Below, piece by piece: positions 18,881-29,933 of a stretch of 64,000 nucleotides of DNA. Numbering within the stretch: the first letter of the stretch is position 1; every line of letters begins with the position of its first letter. The notes beneath the pieces were generated by a model. That model was not told the origin of the DNA, searched no databases, and worked only from the letters and a program-made list of their open reading frames with translations. The position numbers and the translations under genes are program-made. Origin of the DNA: Candidatus Poribacteria bacterium (GTDB taxonomy: Bacteria > Poribacteria > WGA-4E > PCPOR2b); NCBI GenBank assembly GCA_965208325.1, contig OZ242326.1, positions 1,504,001-1,568,000 of the forward strand, written 5' to 3'.

Positions 18881-21800
18881 TCACGCCAACACCAGCGAAT
18901 CACCCTTCCCAGTTAATTCTTCCCGCTCAATCATCAGGTCTATGATTAATTCAACTCGCCGCCGCATATCCGTACTGACCGATTTGAATCCAAACAGCCT
19001 GCAAACCTCGCGGATTAAATCACCAGACTCAATCCCAAAAGCCTCCGATACAACCTGCTTGACAGCCGCCTCTATCTCTTCGGGCGCAATTAGCTCCAAC
19101 TTCCGCGACGCGTTCGGGAGCTCGCTCCGGTCACGCACGATGTTGACCTGTCCTTGATCCTTCGAGTAGAAAAAGTCACCTCTAATCTCAATACTTCCGG
19201 ATCGCGCCGCCTGCCTGGCAGCGGCTTTCACTGTGTTTTGGATTCGGTTGCCAACACGGTTTACACCTACCGCATTTGCGATGCGTCTCGCCGCTTCGTC
19301 GAAATGCACGGGACTCTCGATTTCAACAACCCGCTGAATCCACTCTTGCATCTTCAATGGCGGAACCTTATGCAGGCTAAGCCCATTAGTGGAAATAACT
19401 AATTCAGCGAGTTTGTACTTTTCAGCGAGTGAATTTCCCCGCGATTCCGATTCGGAATGAACCGTTGTATCCTCAGAATCTTCCGCTGCTTCTTCATCGC
19501 CGTTATTGGAATTGGCGCTGTCGTCTTCAGAAGAGGGTTCAGGCAGTGAAGGGATATGAACCTTAGCCGCCTCTATCGCTTCAGCCGCCTTTCTGAGTTC
19601 TTTGTCTCGAGTTCTAAACCAATCCGTGCTCCAGATGCGGTGGATCCGCCAGCCCAATCCTTCAAGCACCTGCTGCCGAAGCCGGTCGCGGTCGCGTGCT
19701 GATTGTGCGCTGTGATAGGTGGCGCCGTCACACTCGATGCCCAACAGATAACGGCCCGGACGTTGCGGGTCTTTAACGCCGAGATCGATAAAATAACCAG
19801 ATGAACCGATTTGATGTTCAACTTGGTGACCAAGGTCGCGCAGCGCTTCTGCGACCTCCTCCTCAAACAGGGAACCTGCTTCTCTGTCGGACCGCTTCGG
19901 CATCTCAAGGTCGCCCGTTTCCGCATATTTCAGGTAACGTTTGAGTGCAGCGACACCGCGGGCATCGGTACGGCTCAGGTCGATATCATCGCCTTTCAGG
20001 TTGGTGAACACTTCGCAGCGCCGACGCGCCCGTGTAATCAATACGTTCAACCGCCGCTCTCCGCCGTCTTGGTTGAGCGGGCCGAAGTTCATCGTGAGAT
20101 GTCCATTGGCGTCTCGCCCGTAACCGATGCTGATAAAAATGACATCGCGTTCATCCCCTTGGACATTCTCCAAATTTTTGACGAAAAACGGTTCTTCCGG
20201 GTGCGCGTTGAAAAACGTCTGTTCGCACGACGAATCTTCCCGCCGCAGAAGTTCGAGTTCATTCTGAACCGCTTCCATCTGAGTCGTGCTAAACGTTGAG
20301 ACGCCGAGCGTCAAACGTGGGCGGTTGCGGGCGTGTTCGATCACACGCGCCGCGACGAACCGCGCTTCCGCTTTGTTTCTTCCACTCCGGCCGCGGTCAT
20401 AAGCAGTATCTTGTAGGTAATGGTAAATTAACCCGACCTCCTCTTTCGCGGCGTCCGGGCTTGGAAAGAGTTGCAGCTTATTTTCATAAAATTCAATGTT
20501 CGACACCGTAATAAGCGATTCGTGCCGGCTGCGGTAGTGCCAACGCAACATACGCGTCGGTGCGTTCTGCGCGCTAAACAGACCCAGAATGCTCTCCATA
20601 TCGCCGGCGAGGTTATCTTCCGCGTCGATATCTTCGTCATCATCCGCTATGTGTTTATCGAAAAAACGGGTTGGCGGAAGCTGGCGGTTATCTCCAACGA
20701 CGACAGCTTGCCCGCCCCGAATAATCGCTCCGAACGCATCAACGGGTTTGACTTGGCTCGCCTCGTCAAACACCACCCAATCAAAATCAACGCTGTTAGG
20801 CGGCAGGAATGTTGCCACCGAGAGCGGGCTCATCATGAATACCGGTTTAATCGCTTGTATCGCATTTCCCGCTTTGGTCATTAGCTGGCGAATTGGCAGA
20901 TGCCGCCGCTTTTTCTCGAATTCACGCCTGAGCAGTCCCAACTGCCCGCTAGACGCTTCGTACTGTGGCAAATTACTCCTATGTGCGTTTGCAACATTTG
21001 CCTTGTTGAATTCAAGCGAGAGACGATCTAAATCCTTGAATCGTTCGACCGCATAATGGTGTGCATCACCGGTAAAACCTGCAAGGATTGGCCGTTCCCG
21101 CATTGCAGTCTCTACCTGTGCGCCGTGCCAAACATGTTTAAGCAAATCCGGCAAAAACTGGCTCGCCTCTGGCCAATCATTCGCAACCCTTACAATCTCG
21201 CCAAAGCCGCTATCATTCAACGCTTTTGTTAAGTGGTTATAGTTGACGATTTCTTGGAGCCGCTCGGCTTCTTTTTCCCATCCTTCGAGAATGTGCGCTT
21301 GCTCCGAGAATGGACGCGCTTTTAATTCATTTTCAGGTTCAAATCGCACGGTTTCATCGAGTTGAATCATTTCAACAACAGTCCGAAGGAGCTGTGGATG
21401 CCGATTATAGTGTTCCTCAACCGCCGCAACCAATGACCGAAGTGTGGCCGAATCCTGGATTGACGCGAGGTAGTCAATTAACGCTTCCGGCAATTCTCCG
21501 CGTTCCACCGATTGGTGCAATGTCAAAAGGTATTGGGCGATTTCTCGAAGTTCGAGCCAATTGGAAGATTTTCCTTCCCAGCGCCTGCCGTACAACTGTT
21601 TACCGATGCCTTGAATCTTTTCAAGGCGCGGTTGTTCACGCTGCGATTCCAGAATCGCGTCCACAATTCGGAGCCGCACACCCTGCGCTTTCGGCAGTTC
21701 CTGCTTACACAACCCGGCAAGTTCATTGCGGGCGCGTCGAAATTTCCGCGAAAACACGCGCCACCACTTGTCTCCCTGCGCCGCCAACACCTTACGAATC

Positions 21801-23641
21801 TCCAGAACGCTCTGCTCCCAAGCTTCAGGGATGAGGATATTATCGTATTCTTGGTGAAGTTGGCTCAATCGTGCTCCCGCCTTCAACCCCGCGTCCAAAT
21901 CATCGGATTGCGCCGCCCATTCGGGAGACTTGACAAGGACGCCCTCCATGTTCGGGGCGCTTAACGCACATTGTGCCGCGTGCATGACACTCTCGACAGC
22001 CTCACGGGTGCCGGGCGTCCCTAGTTGAAGATGCCGTGCCAGTTTTTCCGACGCGTCCTGGAGCGCAATTACCGCTTCTCTCGCTTCCACCGACAAGTGT
22101 TCCACTTGCACTCTGTCATTTGGAAGAAAGATGCTGCACCGGCTGCCCCAAAACGGGTGAAGTATCGGTATGCCCATCCGCTTGAGAAGGATTTGCAACT
22201 CCTCAATTCTATCCAAACCCTCCGCAAAATCGGCTGCAGCGTGCCGGAATTGACTCGAGTCTAGCGTCGGCAGTTCCACCTCCGAAAGGCGGCGCTCTAC
22301 CGCCAAAAGTTCTCCATACGCCTGAAACGGTGTAATGCCGCTGTCGCCAATGGGCGTGTTGACTGCACGGCAGTAATTGTTTAAGCGGTCGCGGTTATTG
22401 AGGAGCGATTGTACTTTCTCATCAAGCGTTGTCGTCTTTGACCGGCTGAGCGCAAGCGTACGGTTTAGTTCATCAACCACCGCTTTTTTGTTCATCTTAT
22501 GGCTGTGCAGTTCCAAACACGCATCTCCGATTCCGGCTTTATCCAGGTTGCGTTTAACGACTTCCAACGCCGCCATCTTTTCCGCAACAAACAGCACCCG
22601 TTTTCCATTTGAGATGGCTTCCGCAATTAGGTTCGTAATGGTTTGAGATTTTCCGGTGCCCGGCGGGCCCTGAATAACAAGATTTCGGCCTTCGCATACA
22701 TCGTGAATTGCCAATGCTTGCGAACTATCCGCGTCAACGACGTGATGCGTCTCACCGGGATTGAGATGTTCATCAATGGGAGAATCAACAGGAATGGTTG
22801 AACTTGGTTCTTGAAAGCCCGTTGCTAACGCAGACTGCAAAACCGAATGCTCAGGCAGCGCGTCATTGTCCCAATTCGTGCTTTCTAAGTCGCGATACAT
22901 CAGAAACTTCGCAAACGAAAAGAAACCGAGCGCAATCGCAGAACCATTAACTGACCATCGGCAGACATCGTCATGTGGCGTATCCTTTATTGACGCACTA
23001 ACTGTTTGAAAATAACCCGGTACATCAAGTTCATCAAGGTCATCCGCATCGTGAAGGTCAGGAAGGTGGATGCCGAACTCAGATTTTAACTTCTCCTGAA
23101 GAGAGAGATTCGTTCCGAATTCCTCCTCCGTGTAACCGATTCGGAAACGCGCGCGGACACTGGCGCGGCTGAGTTCCACCGGAATTAGAACTAGCGGAGC
23201 GCGGCGTAGCATATCACTCGATTCGGATTCATACCATTCGAGCATGCCGAGCGCGAGATACAGTGTGTTTACCCCCTGTTCTTCGATTGCCGTCCGCGCT
23301 GTATAGTACGTGTTTAGCAGCCGCCTCTGAAGCTCCGCCGGTGAATAGTGTGTTTGGAGTTTGCTATCGGTGTGTCTAGCAGGGTCGGATTCCGTGTCAT
23401 CCTCTTCAAACAGTTGAAAGTCATCATCCGCATCAAGTTCGGGCTTAGGTAGGAAAGACATAACCTTTCCCTGCTGCACAAGGATTTGATAGACACTTGG
23501 GGGGGATTCATCCACGACCTCAAACCCTCTCGCTTTTAGCAGCTTGTAGTTAATCAGCGGGTTGCGTAAACTCAGGTCGAGCAGTTCTTTTCGTGCTTCA
23601 TCCAACTTTGTTTGAATGGTGTTCATATCATTCGCTAACAA
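18881..23641 (-). CDS. DUF4011-SF1 helicase-Vsr-like nuclease-DUF3320 protein (Hhe-type antiphage architecture)
   Basis: LLDLSLRNPLINY, GPPGTGKS, FDEASQ, WHYRS, VQGDERD, RRLNVLITRAR, GIECDG..YH...RDRDRLRQQVLEGLGWRIHRIWS, C-terminal winged-helix-like region. Confidence 0.88.
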   Translation of the reverse strand: MLANDMNTIQTKLDEARKELLDLSLRNPLINYKLLKARGFEVVDESPPSVYQILVQQGKVMSFLPKPELDADDDFQLFEEDDTESDPARHTDSKLQTHYSPAELQRRLLNTYYTARTAIEEQGVNTLYLALGMLEWYESESSDMLRRAPLVLIPVELSRASVRARFRIGYTEEEFGTNLSLQEKLKSEFGIHLPDLHDADDLDELDVPGYFQTVSASIKDTPHDDVCRWSVNGSAIALGFFSFAKFLMYRDLESTNWDNDALPEHSVLQSALATGFQEPSSTIPVDSPIDEHLNPGETHHVVDADSSQALAIHDVCEGRNLVIQGPPGTGKSQTITNLIAEAISNGKRVLFVAEKMAALEVVKRNLDKAGIGDACLELHSHKMNKKAVVDELNRTLALSRSKTTTLDEKVQSLLNNRDRLNNYCRAVNTPIGDSGITPFQAYGELLAVERRLSEVELPTLDSSQFRHAAADFAEGLDRIEELQILLKRMGIPILHPFWGSRCSIFLPNDRVQVEHLSVEAREAVIALQDASEKLARHLQLGTPGTREAVESVMHAAQCALSAPNMEGVLVKSPEWAAQSDDLDAGLKAGARLSQLHQEYDNILIPEAWEQSVLEIRKVLAAQGDKWWRVFSRKFRRARNELAGLCKQELPKAQGVRLRIVDAILESQREQPRLEKIQGIGKQLYGRRWEGKSSNWLELREIAQYLLTLHQSVERGELPEALIDYLASIQDSATLRSLVAAVEEHYNRHPQLLRTVVEMIQLDETVRFEPENELKARPFSEQAHILEGWEKEAERLQEIVNYNHLTKALNDSGFGEIVRVANDWPEASQFLPDLLKHVWHGAQVETAMRERPILAGFTGDAHHYAVERFKDLDRLSLEFNKANVANAHRSNLPQYEASSGQLGLLRREFEKKRRHLPIRQLMTKAGNAIQAIKPVFMMSPLSVATFLPPNSVDFDWVVFDEASQVKPVDAFGAIIRGGQAVVVGDNRQLPPTRFFDKHIADDDEDIDAEDNLAGDMESILGLFSAQNAPTRMLRWHYRSRHESLITVSNIEFYENKLQLFPSPDAAKEEVGLIYHYLQDTAYDRGRSGRNKAEARFVAARVIEHARNRPRLTLGVSTFSTTQMEAVQNELELLRREDSSCEQTFFNAHPEEPFFVKNLENVQGDERDVIFISIGYGRDANGHLTMNFGPLNQDGGERRLNVLITRARRRCEVFTNLKGDDIDLSRTDARGVAALKRYLKYAETGDLEMPKRSDREAGSLFEEEVAEALRDLGHQVEHQIGSSGYFIDLGVKDPQRPGRYLLGIECDGATYHSAQSARDRDRLRQQVLEGLGWRIHRIWSTDWFRTRDKELRKAAEAIEAAKVHIPSLPEPSSEDDSANSNNGDEEAAEDSEDTTVHSESESRGNSLAEKYKLAELVISTNGLSLHKVPPLKMQEWIQRVVEIESPVHFDEAARRIANAVGVNRVGNRIQNTVKAAARQAARSGSIEIRGDFFYSKDQGQVNIVRDRSELPNASRKLELIAPEEIEAAVKQVVSEAFGIESGDLIREVCRLFGFKSVSTDMRRRVELIIDLMIEREELTGKGDSLVLA

Positions 23642-23774
23642 TACATCACCGCATAACGTCCAATAGCTCTACAAAAGTAAGGCTAAATCACACACTTTAT
23701 GAAGTTTCTTAAAACCGTCGCACCAACTGAACTCAGAAATTGTAAGAAAAAATTAAGTAGATCCAACTCAAGTT

Positions 23775-24650
23775 CTATCGATTCCGGAGCGTGTTCAACA
23801 GCGTCTCTCCAATGGTTGCCGGACTTTCAGCCACGACGATGCCAGCCGCTGTCAGAGCGTTAATTTTCTCTCCCGCTGTGCCGTGTCCGCCAGCGATAAT
23901 CGCCCCGGCGTGCCCCATACGTTTTCCCGGCGGCGCCGTCTGGCCCGCAATAAAACCGACGACCGGTTTGCTCATGTTGTGTTTCACGAATTCAGCCGCA
24001 GTTTCCTCCGCAGTCCCGCCAATCTCGCCAATCATGACCACCGCTTCCGTATCCGAGTCTTCTTCAAACAGCGCCAGAACATCAACGAAACTCGTCCCGA
24101 TGACCGGATCGCCGCCAATGCCGACGCATGAGGATTGCCCAAGACCGAGCTTCGTCAATTGATACGCCGCCTCGTACGTCAACGTGCCGCTGCGGGAAAC
24201 GATGCCAATCTTACCGGGTTGAAATACAGAACCGGGCAGCACCCCGATTTTACACTCGTCAGGCGTGATGACGCCCGGACAGTTTGGGCCAATCAGTCGA
24301 GTCGGCTTCCCGTCCAGATAGCGTTTAACTTTCACCATATCAAGGACGGACACACCCTCCGTTATACAGACAACAAGACCTATCCTCGCGTCGGCGGCTT
24401 CCATGATGGCGTCTGGGGCGAACGGCGCAGGCACATAAATCGTGGACGCATCTGCACCCGTCATCCTAACCGCTTCAGCAACCGTATTGTAGATTGGAAT
24501 GCCGTCAACCTCGCCTCCACCCTTGCCCGGACTTGTGCCGGCGACAATCTTTGTGCCGTAAGCCACGCTCTGCTGCGCGTTAAACCTTCCTGAACGACCG
24601 GTAATGCCTTGCACAACCACCCTTGTTTCCTTATTTACAAGAATGCTCAC
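23775..24650 (-). CDS. sucD: Succinyl-CoA ligase alpha subunit
   Basis: [31 protein letters not shown] start with AAGGAG RBS. Confidence 0.96.
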   Translation of the reverse strand: MSILVNKETRVVVQGITGRSGRFNAQQSVAYGTKIVAGTSPGKGGGEVDGIPIYNTVAEAVRMTGADASTIYVPAPFAPDAIMEAADARIGLVVCITEGVSVLDMVKVKRYLDGKPTRLIGPNCPGVITPDECKIGVLPGSVFQPGKIGIVSRSGTLTYEAAYQLTKLGLGQSSCVGIGGDPVIGTSFVDVLALFEEDSDTEAVVMIGEIGGTAEETAAEFVKHNMSKPVVGFIAGQTAPPGKRMGHAGAIIAGGHGTAGEKINALTAAGIVVAESPATIGETLLNTLRNR

Positions 24651-24751
24651 TAAATCTGACTCCTTTCGACTCACACATTTTTTGCGTTTTCGCCTATCGC
24701 TGCAAACATTATCCCTATTCGCTCATGCCGCGCTTTTGGTATTTCATGTCT

Positions 24752-26185
24752 TCAATACGCCCGAGCGAAGATAACAACCTCCTCAGCCGGATTGCCGCAC
24801 ACAACGCACTTTCCGCAATTGCCCGGCTGATCGAACGGAATACATCGCGTGGTGGCTTTCGTATCCGCCTTGACCTTTTCCTCGCAAGCGCCGCCGCCGC
24901 ACCACGGTGCGCGGGCAAATCCCTGATCCACCGCGTCTCGAAGCGAATCGTAATCCCTCGGTTCATAAGTATGTTCATTGCGAAATTCTGTGTTGCGGAC
25001 AAGCAAATCACGCTGGATCTGGTTGAGCAAATTGGTGACTGTGTCGGAAATGCCCGCAAGCGGCGCAAATGACTTTCCTTCACGCCCGGGTTGGTCGCGC
25101 CGCGCTAGTACGACTTGCGCATTTTGAACATCTCTGGGGCCAATCTCAATTCGTAACGGCACGCCCTTTAACTCCCACTCGTTGAACTTCCAACCGGGAG
25201 AGTATTCATCGCGATCGTCGACCTTTAGCCGCACCCCATCGCCGAGGGCGGTTTTGACCCGATCTACTGTCCCCATCACCTCGCACTTCTCTATGTCTGT
25301 TTTCCAGATTGGCACAACCACCACTTGGATGGGCGCAAGCCGCGGCGGTAAAATGAGCCCCTGGTCGTCGCCGTGCGCCATAATGATTGCGCCTACCATT
25401 CGTGTGCTCACGCCCCAGCTCGTTGTCCAACAGAATTGCTGTACCCCATTTTCATCTTGATATTGAATATCAAAAGCCTTAGCGAAATTCTGCCCGAAGT
25501 AGTGGGAGGTGCCAGACTGCAGCGCCCGCTTATCTCCCATCATGGCTTCTATGCTGTAAGACGCCTCAGCGCCGGGGAATTTCTCGCTTTCACTCTTGCG
25601 GCCGGGAATTACCGGTATTGCAGCATCGTTGGCAGCAAAGTCGGTGTACACATCGAGCATGCGCAGCGTCTCTTCATGCGCCTCCTCGGAAGTCGCGTGG
25701 GCGGTGTGCCCCTCCTGCCAGAAAAACTCCATGGTACGTAGAAAGAGACGTGTGCGGAGTTCCCACCGCACGACATTCGCCCACTGATTGATGAGCACCG
25801 GCAAATCTCGATACGATTGAATCCATTGGCTGTACATATGCCCAATGATAGTCTCGGAAGTTGGACGTACCGCCAGCGGCTCTTCCAACTTTTTTCCCCC
25901 GCCGTGTGTAACAACGGCTAGCTCCGGTTTGAAGCCTTCGACGTGTTCAGACTCCTTTTCGATGAAACTCATCGGGATGAACAGCGGGAAGCAGGCATTC
26001 TCATGCCCCGTCTCCTTGAAGCGCCGGTCGAGTCCTTCTTTCACGTTCTCCCAAAGCGAAAAGCCGTAAGGGCGGATGACCATGCAACCCCGCACGGGGG
26101 CGTAATCCGCCAATTGCGCTTGCCGAATCACATCGGTATACCATTCTGAATAGTCTTGGCTGCGGGGCGTTATCTTCTCTCTCAT
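24752..26185 (-). CDS. proS: Prolyl-tRNA synthetase, archaeal/eukaryote-like type
   Basis: RPTSET, LFLRTMEFFWQEGH, C-terminal Cys motifs and terminal FARAY. Confidence 0.95.
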   Translation of the reverse strand: MREKITPRSQDYSEWYTDVIRQAQLADYAPVRGCMVIRPYGFSLWENVKEGLDRRFKETGHENACFPLFIPMSFIEKESEHVEGFKPELAVVTHGGGKKLEEPLAVRPTSETIIGHMYSQWIQSYRDLPVLINQWANVVRWELRTRLFLRTMEFFWQEGHTAHATSEEAHEETLRMLDVYTDFAANDAAIPVIPGRKSESEKFPGAEASYSIEAMMGDKRALQSGTSHYFGQNFAKAFDIQYQDENGVQQFCWTTSWGVSTRMVGAIIMAHGDDQGLILPPRLAPIQVVVVPIWKTDIEKCEVMGTVDRVKTALGDGVRLKVDDRDEYSPGWKFNEWELKGVPLRIEIGPRDVQNAQVVLARRDQPGREGKSFAPLAGISDTVTNLLNQIQRDLLVRNTEFRNEHTYEPRDYDSLRDAVDQGFARAPWCGGGACEEKVKADTKATTRCIPFDQPGNCGKCVVCGNPAEEVVIFARAY

Positions 26186-26288
26186 ATATTTTTCTCCAAG
26201 TTGCTATAGTAAAACCAATAATTATATATATCCAATGGTGTTAGTTCGTCTTGGGCGTATTGGCATTTGTGTAAAGCTGTTCGTAACT

Positions 26289-26388
26289 GTAGGGGCGGGG
26301 TCCCCCCGCCCATCAATCAACCGCGGGTAGAGCACGCTCAACCATACGGTTTGAATTGGGAACAGAGGGTTGGGCAACCCAACCCTAC
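26289..26388. repeat. REP cluster (inverted GTAG hairpins)
   Basis: GTAG-GGGCGGGG-TCC-CCCCGCCC (26289-26311) and inverted GGGTTGGG-CAA-CCCAACC-CTAC (26367-26388). Confidence 0.7.
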
Positions 26389-26491
26389 GAACGGTCAGTG
26401 GGCGGTGAATTGTCCTTGACCGTGCAGCCCTGATGAAATGTAAATGGAATCGACGATAAGGTATCTAGATAAATTCGCAAAGACTTTCGTT

Positions 26492-27325
26492 CTACAAGTT
26501 CTCGGTCACCCATTGCTCTACCTTCGCCAATTTTTCTTCATCTATACTGAATTCCTGTGCTTCGGTTGGGAATAGCCCCTCCTCAACCTCTTGCTTGTAC
26601 TGGCATATCGCTTGAAATGTCAAATTTTCGTAGTCCTCATATGCCTTCGTATAAGTTAGGGCAAGTGCACCAATACCTAAAATGTCGTGGATGACGAGCA
26701 CTTGGCCGTCGCAGTTGCCGCCCGATCCAATGCCTATCGCGGGGATTTTCAATTTCTCGGTGATTATCTTGCTAATTTCCTTTGTGACCATCTCAAGAAC
26801 AATCAGTTTCGCACCGGCATTCTCCAGAGCCAACGCGCTTTGAATTAACGACTTGCCTTTTGAATACGTCCTGCCGCGCACCAACCGGCGCGAGCCGTGA
26901 AATTGCGGATTGTGGCCGATATGGGCACAGACATCTATGCTGTTCTCCGCTAATGTCCTGACGACCGCTTCCTTCTCCCATCCCTCCAACTTGACGCCGT
27001 CAGCACCGTACGACAGCAAGGTTATTGCGTTTTCCAAAGCCTGTTCGGGGGTGTCATACGTCTTGTACGGCATGTCAACAAGGAGGTAGGCGGTAGTCAC
27101 ACCTCTACGCACCGCTTTCAGATGGTGAAGCATATCCGCCATCGTGACTTCCGTGTCGCTTTCATAACCCAAGACGTTCATTCCCACGCTGTCGCCAACG
27201 AACACTATGTCAATTCCAGCCTTGTCTTCCATGAGCGCGGTTGGATAGTCATAGCAGGTTAACATCGTGAGTTTCTGATCCGCCTGCTTCTTTGAATGCA
27301 AGAAATTGATGTCTTTCTTCGCCAT
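26492..27325 (-). CDS. panB: 3-methyl-2-oxobutanoate hydroxymethyltransferase
   Basis: TCYD, VGDSVGM, DMPY, KLEG, GIGSG..CDGQVLV.HD. Confidence 0.93.
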   Translation of the reverse strand: MAKKDINFLHSKKQADQKLTMLTCYDYPTALMEDKAGIDIVFVGDSVGMNVLGYESDTEVTMADMLHHLKAVRRGVTTAYLLVDMPYKTYDTPEQALENAITLLSYGADGVKLEGWEKEAVVRTLAENSIDVCAHIGHNPQFHGSRRLVRGRTYSKGKSLIQSALALENAGAKLIVLEMVTKEISKIITEKLKIPAIGIGSGGNCDGQVLVIHDILGIGALALTYTKAYEDYENLTFQAICQYKQEVEEGLFPTEAQEFSIDEEKLAKVEQWVTENL

Positions 27326-27329
27326 CCGC

Positions 27330-28529
27330 TCAGTTGTTCGCTTTGTCCGTCAACGCAGCAATACCTGGCAACTCTTTCCCTTCAAGGTATTTGAGCGTGG
27401 CACCGCCGCCTGTAGAAACGTGTGTGATTCGGTCCGCAATGCCCGCTTTATGCGCGGCAGCGACACAATCGCCGCCCCCGATTATGCTGACCGCTTTCGA
27501 TTCGGCAATTCGCTTGGCAATCTCGATTGTGCCTGTCGAAAATTTATCAAACTCGTAGACTCCCAATGGACCGTTCCAAAATACGGTTTTTGCCGCATCA
27601 ATAATTTCCCCAAACGCCGCGATTGAGGTGGGACCAATGTCTAATCTCTCCCATCCATCCGGGATTCCCTCGCGTGCAACAATTTGTGATTCCGCATCTG
27701 CACTCAATTCCTTTGCAATGAGGTGATCGTGCGGCAAATGAATAGGGATGTTCCGGCTCGATGCTTTTCTCAGTAATCCAATCGCAATTTCAAGATTTTC
27801 CGATTCTACAACGGCCTTCCCAACCGGCATCCCCATAGCTTTGAGAAAGGTATTTGTCATCCTTCCGCCGATAATTATCTCATTGACCTTACCCAAAAGG
27901 TTTTCAATCATGCCAATTTTATCAGAAATTTTAACTCCGCCCAAAATGGCGAGAAAAGGGCGTTCCGGATTTTGAAGGGTTTTGTTCAGATGTCTGAGTT
28001 CTCTTTCCACCAATAAGCCCGCGGCGGACTGGTCGAAAAATCGGGTAACACCTTCGGTCGATGCATGGGCGCGGTGTGCTGTGCCAAAGGCGTCATTCAC
28101 GTATATGTCGGCGAGCGATGCAAGTGCTTTCGCAAACTCAGGATTGTTCGCTGTTTCCTCCTTATGAAAGCGGACATTCTCAAGTAGTAGGACGCCGCCA
28201 TCCTGAAGTTGAGAAATGGACGTTGCCACTTCAGGTCCAACACAATCGAGGGCATGTATGACACGCTGCCCCATCAGGCGGCTGAGATGCTCTGCAATCG
28301 AGGCAGTCGAGAATGCAGAATCAAACCCGTTGGGACGCCCCAAATGCGTAATCAATATGATTTTGGCGCCGTTAGCGATTAGATGTAAAATCGTTGGTAG
28401 TGCAGCCCGGATGCGAGTGTCATCGGCAACTCGCGGCCCCTCCATCAAGACATTGAAGTCAACACGCACCAACACCCGTTTTCCAGCCACAGCTAAATCG
28501 CGTAATCCAAGTTTTTCCCCCATAGTCAA
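27330..28529 (-). CDS. pgk: Phosphoglycerate kinase
   Basis: RVDFNV, THLGRP, NDAFGTAHRAHAS, WNGPLG, STGGGA. Confidence 0.95.
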   Translation of the reverse strand: MTMGEKLGLRDLAVAGKRVLVRVDFNVLMEGPRVADDTRIRAALPTILHLIANGAKIILITHLGRPNGFDSAFSTASIAEHLSRLMGQRVIHALDCVGPEVATSISQLQDGGVLLLENVRFHKEETANNPEFAKALASLADIYVNDAFGTAHRAHASTEGVTRFFDQSAAGLLVERELRHLNKTLQNPERPFLAILGGVKISDKIGMIENLLGKVNEIIIGGRMTNTFLKAMGMPVGKAVVESENLEIAIGLLRKASSRNIPIHLPHDHLIAKELSADAESQIVAREGIPDGWERLDIGPTSIAAFGEIIDAAKTVFWNGPLGVYEFDKFSTGTIEIAKRIAESKAVSIIGGGDCVAAAHKAGIADRITHVSTGGGATLKYLEGKELPGIAALTDKANN

Positions 28530-28696
28530 TTCTCCGTGAAATTGTGTGGTGTAAGGCTGGGGTGCATTGCGTGTGACTTACCATTTACCGCACGCTTCGC
28601 CTGGGGTTGCGTTCCATTATTGCATTTCACCCCGTTTCGGCGCACCATATATATGCAGTGATTGTGTTAAACCGAATCACCGCGCCGGTAGGAAAA

Positions 28697-29932
28697 CTAC
28701 ATCGGTTCAACGACAATTCCCATGAACAACATGGACTTGGTCAAGCCGTCATAGATAGCAAAAAAGAAAGGCCGGTCTACAATGAAGCTTGGCGGCGCAG
28801 ACTCAACACCTACGACAACAGTTACCGCTGCTGCTTCAGTGCCCTCTTCGTTGACCTCCACGAAGGCTTTGTGCCGAACTTCGCTAATGAACAAACTTGG
28901 TCCCATGCCGCTGAAATCCGCTCCACCACCGAAAGCGATGTCCATTCCGAGTGCTTTGAGAGTGTCATTCAGCTGTACCTCGTATTCCAGCTTGAACCGC
29001 GGAAGTATCATCATGCTGTCATCCGTACCTTCATGAAACTGCGGCAACCAGATTAACCAATTTTCAGAATTTAGAACACCCAGAAACTCATCTAAATTCG
29101 AGTCGCGGTCGGGCAGGAAGATATACATGTTCACATTCCCGTCCCCGTAGGGTAAGCTCGCTGCTTCAAATGCATCGCCGCGAAAGTATGGGTACGCTCC
29201 CTCTCGGGTCATCATCGGTACCTGCTTCTCGGCCCCATCCGATAACCGGAAAATACCGTCCCGTGTTCTTGACTTGTCGAACTCCTCCTTCCAACTTCCT
29301 TTGAAATAGATCGCGTTAATCAACATAATCAGTGTCCGGGGATCGATGCGTTGAACAATCTTCTTTATTTTCCCCTTTGTGTTTGTATCTACCCAACCGT
29401 TGATGGTTTCTGGCGCTTCCGGCGCACCAAAATCCAGCGCGGTAATTTCCGCACCAAAAAATTCACGGTTTCGATTCAAAAAATCGGGGTTAAATTCAAC
29501 TCCCTGCCGTCCCCAAATCGAATTTGCGATCGAAAGTTGGACTTCTGATCCACGGTTTTCGAGGCTCTCTCGCAAGGCGGCGTTCGAGCGGTTGACGGAG
29601 TCTCTGTCCAACCCTTCTATTTCTAAAACCTCCGCCATGGCGAGTTGTGTGTCTTCAACAGCACCATTGTACGTCATGGTGAGCGCTATCGAGATGCTCA
29701 ATGGAGAGATGAAGATATTCGTTCCCGGTTCGCGTGATTGGACATCCGAAAGCAACTTAAAGCCAAATCTCGTGTTTGCCGTAGCCACGCTTGAAAAAGC
29801 TGGATCCCTAATGATGTCCAAAACATCTCCGATATTGTCCGGGGGAGAGTCACCATCGGAACAACTGAGCATGCACAGCAGCATTATACTCGCAAATCTA
29901 ATAAGAATCTGATGATGCCAAGGTATCTTCAT
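28697..29932 (-). CDS. Serpin family protease inhibitor, predicted lipoprotein
   Basis: NIFISPLSI, NAIYFKGSW, hinge EEGTEAAAVT, DRPFFF; lipobox-like MLSC. Confidence 0.93.
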   Translation of the reverse strand: MKIPWHHQILIRFASIMLLCMLSCSDGDSPPDNIGDVLDIIRDPAFSSVATANTRFGFKLLSDVQSREPGTNIFISPLSISIALTMTYNGAVEDTQLAMAEVLEIEGLDRDSVNRSNAALRESLENRGSEVQLSIANSIWGRQGVEFNPDFLNRNREFFGAEITALDFGAPEAPETINGWVDTNTKGKIKKIVQRIDPRTLIMLINAIYFKGSWKEEFDKSRTRDGIFRLSDGAEKQVPMMTREGAYPYFRGDAFEAASLPYGDGNVNMYIFLPDRDSNLDEFLGVLNSENWLIWLPQFHEGTDDSMMILPRFKLEYEVQLNDTLKALGMDIAFGGGADFSGMGPSLFISEVRHKAFVEVNEEGTEAAAVTVVVGVESAPPSFIVDRPFFFAIYDGLTKSMLFMGIVVEPM

Positions 29933-29933
29933 T

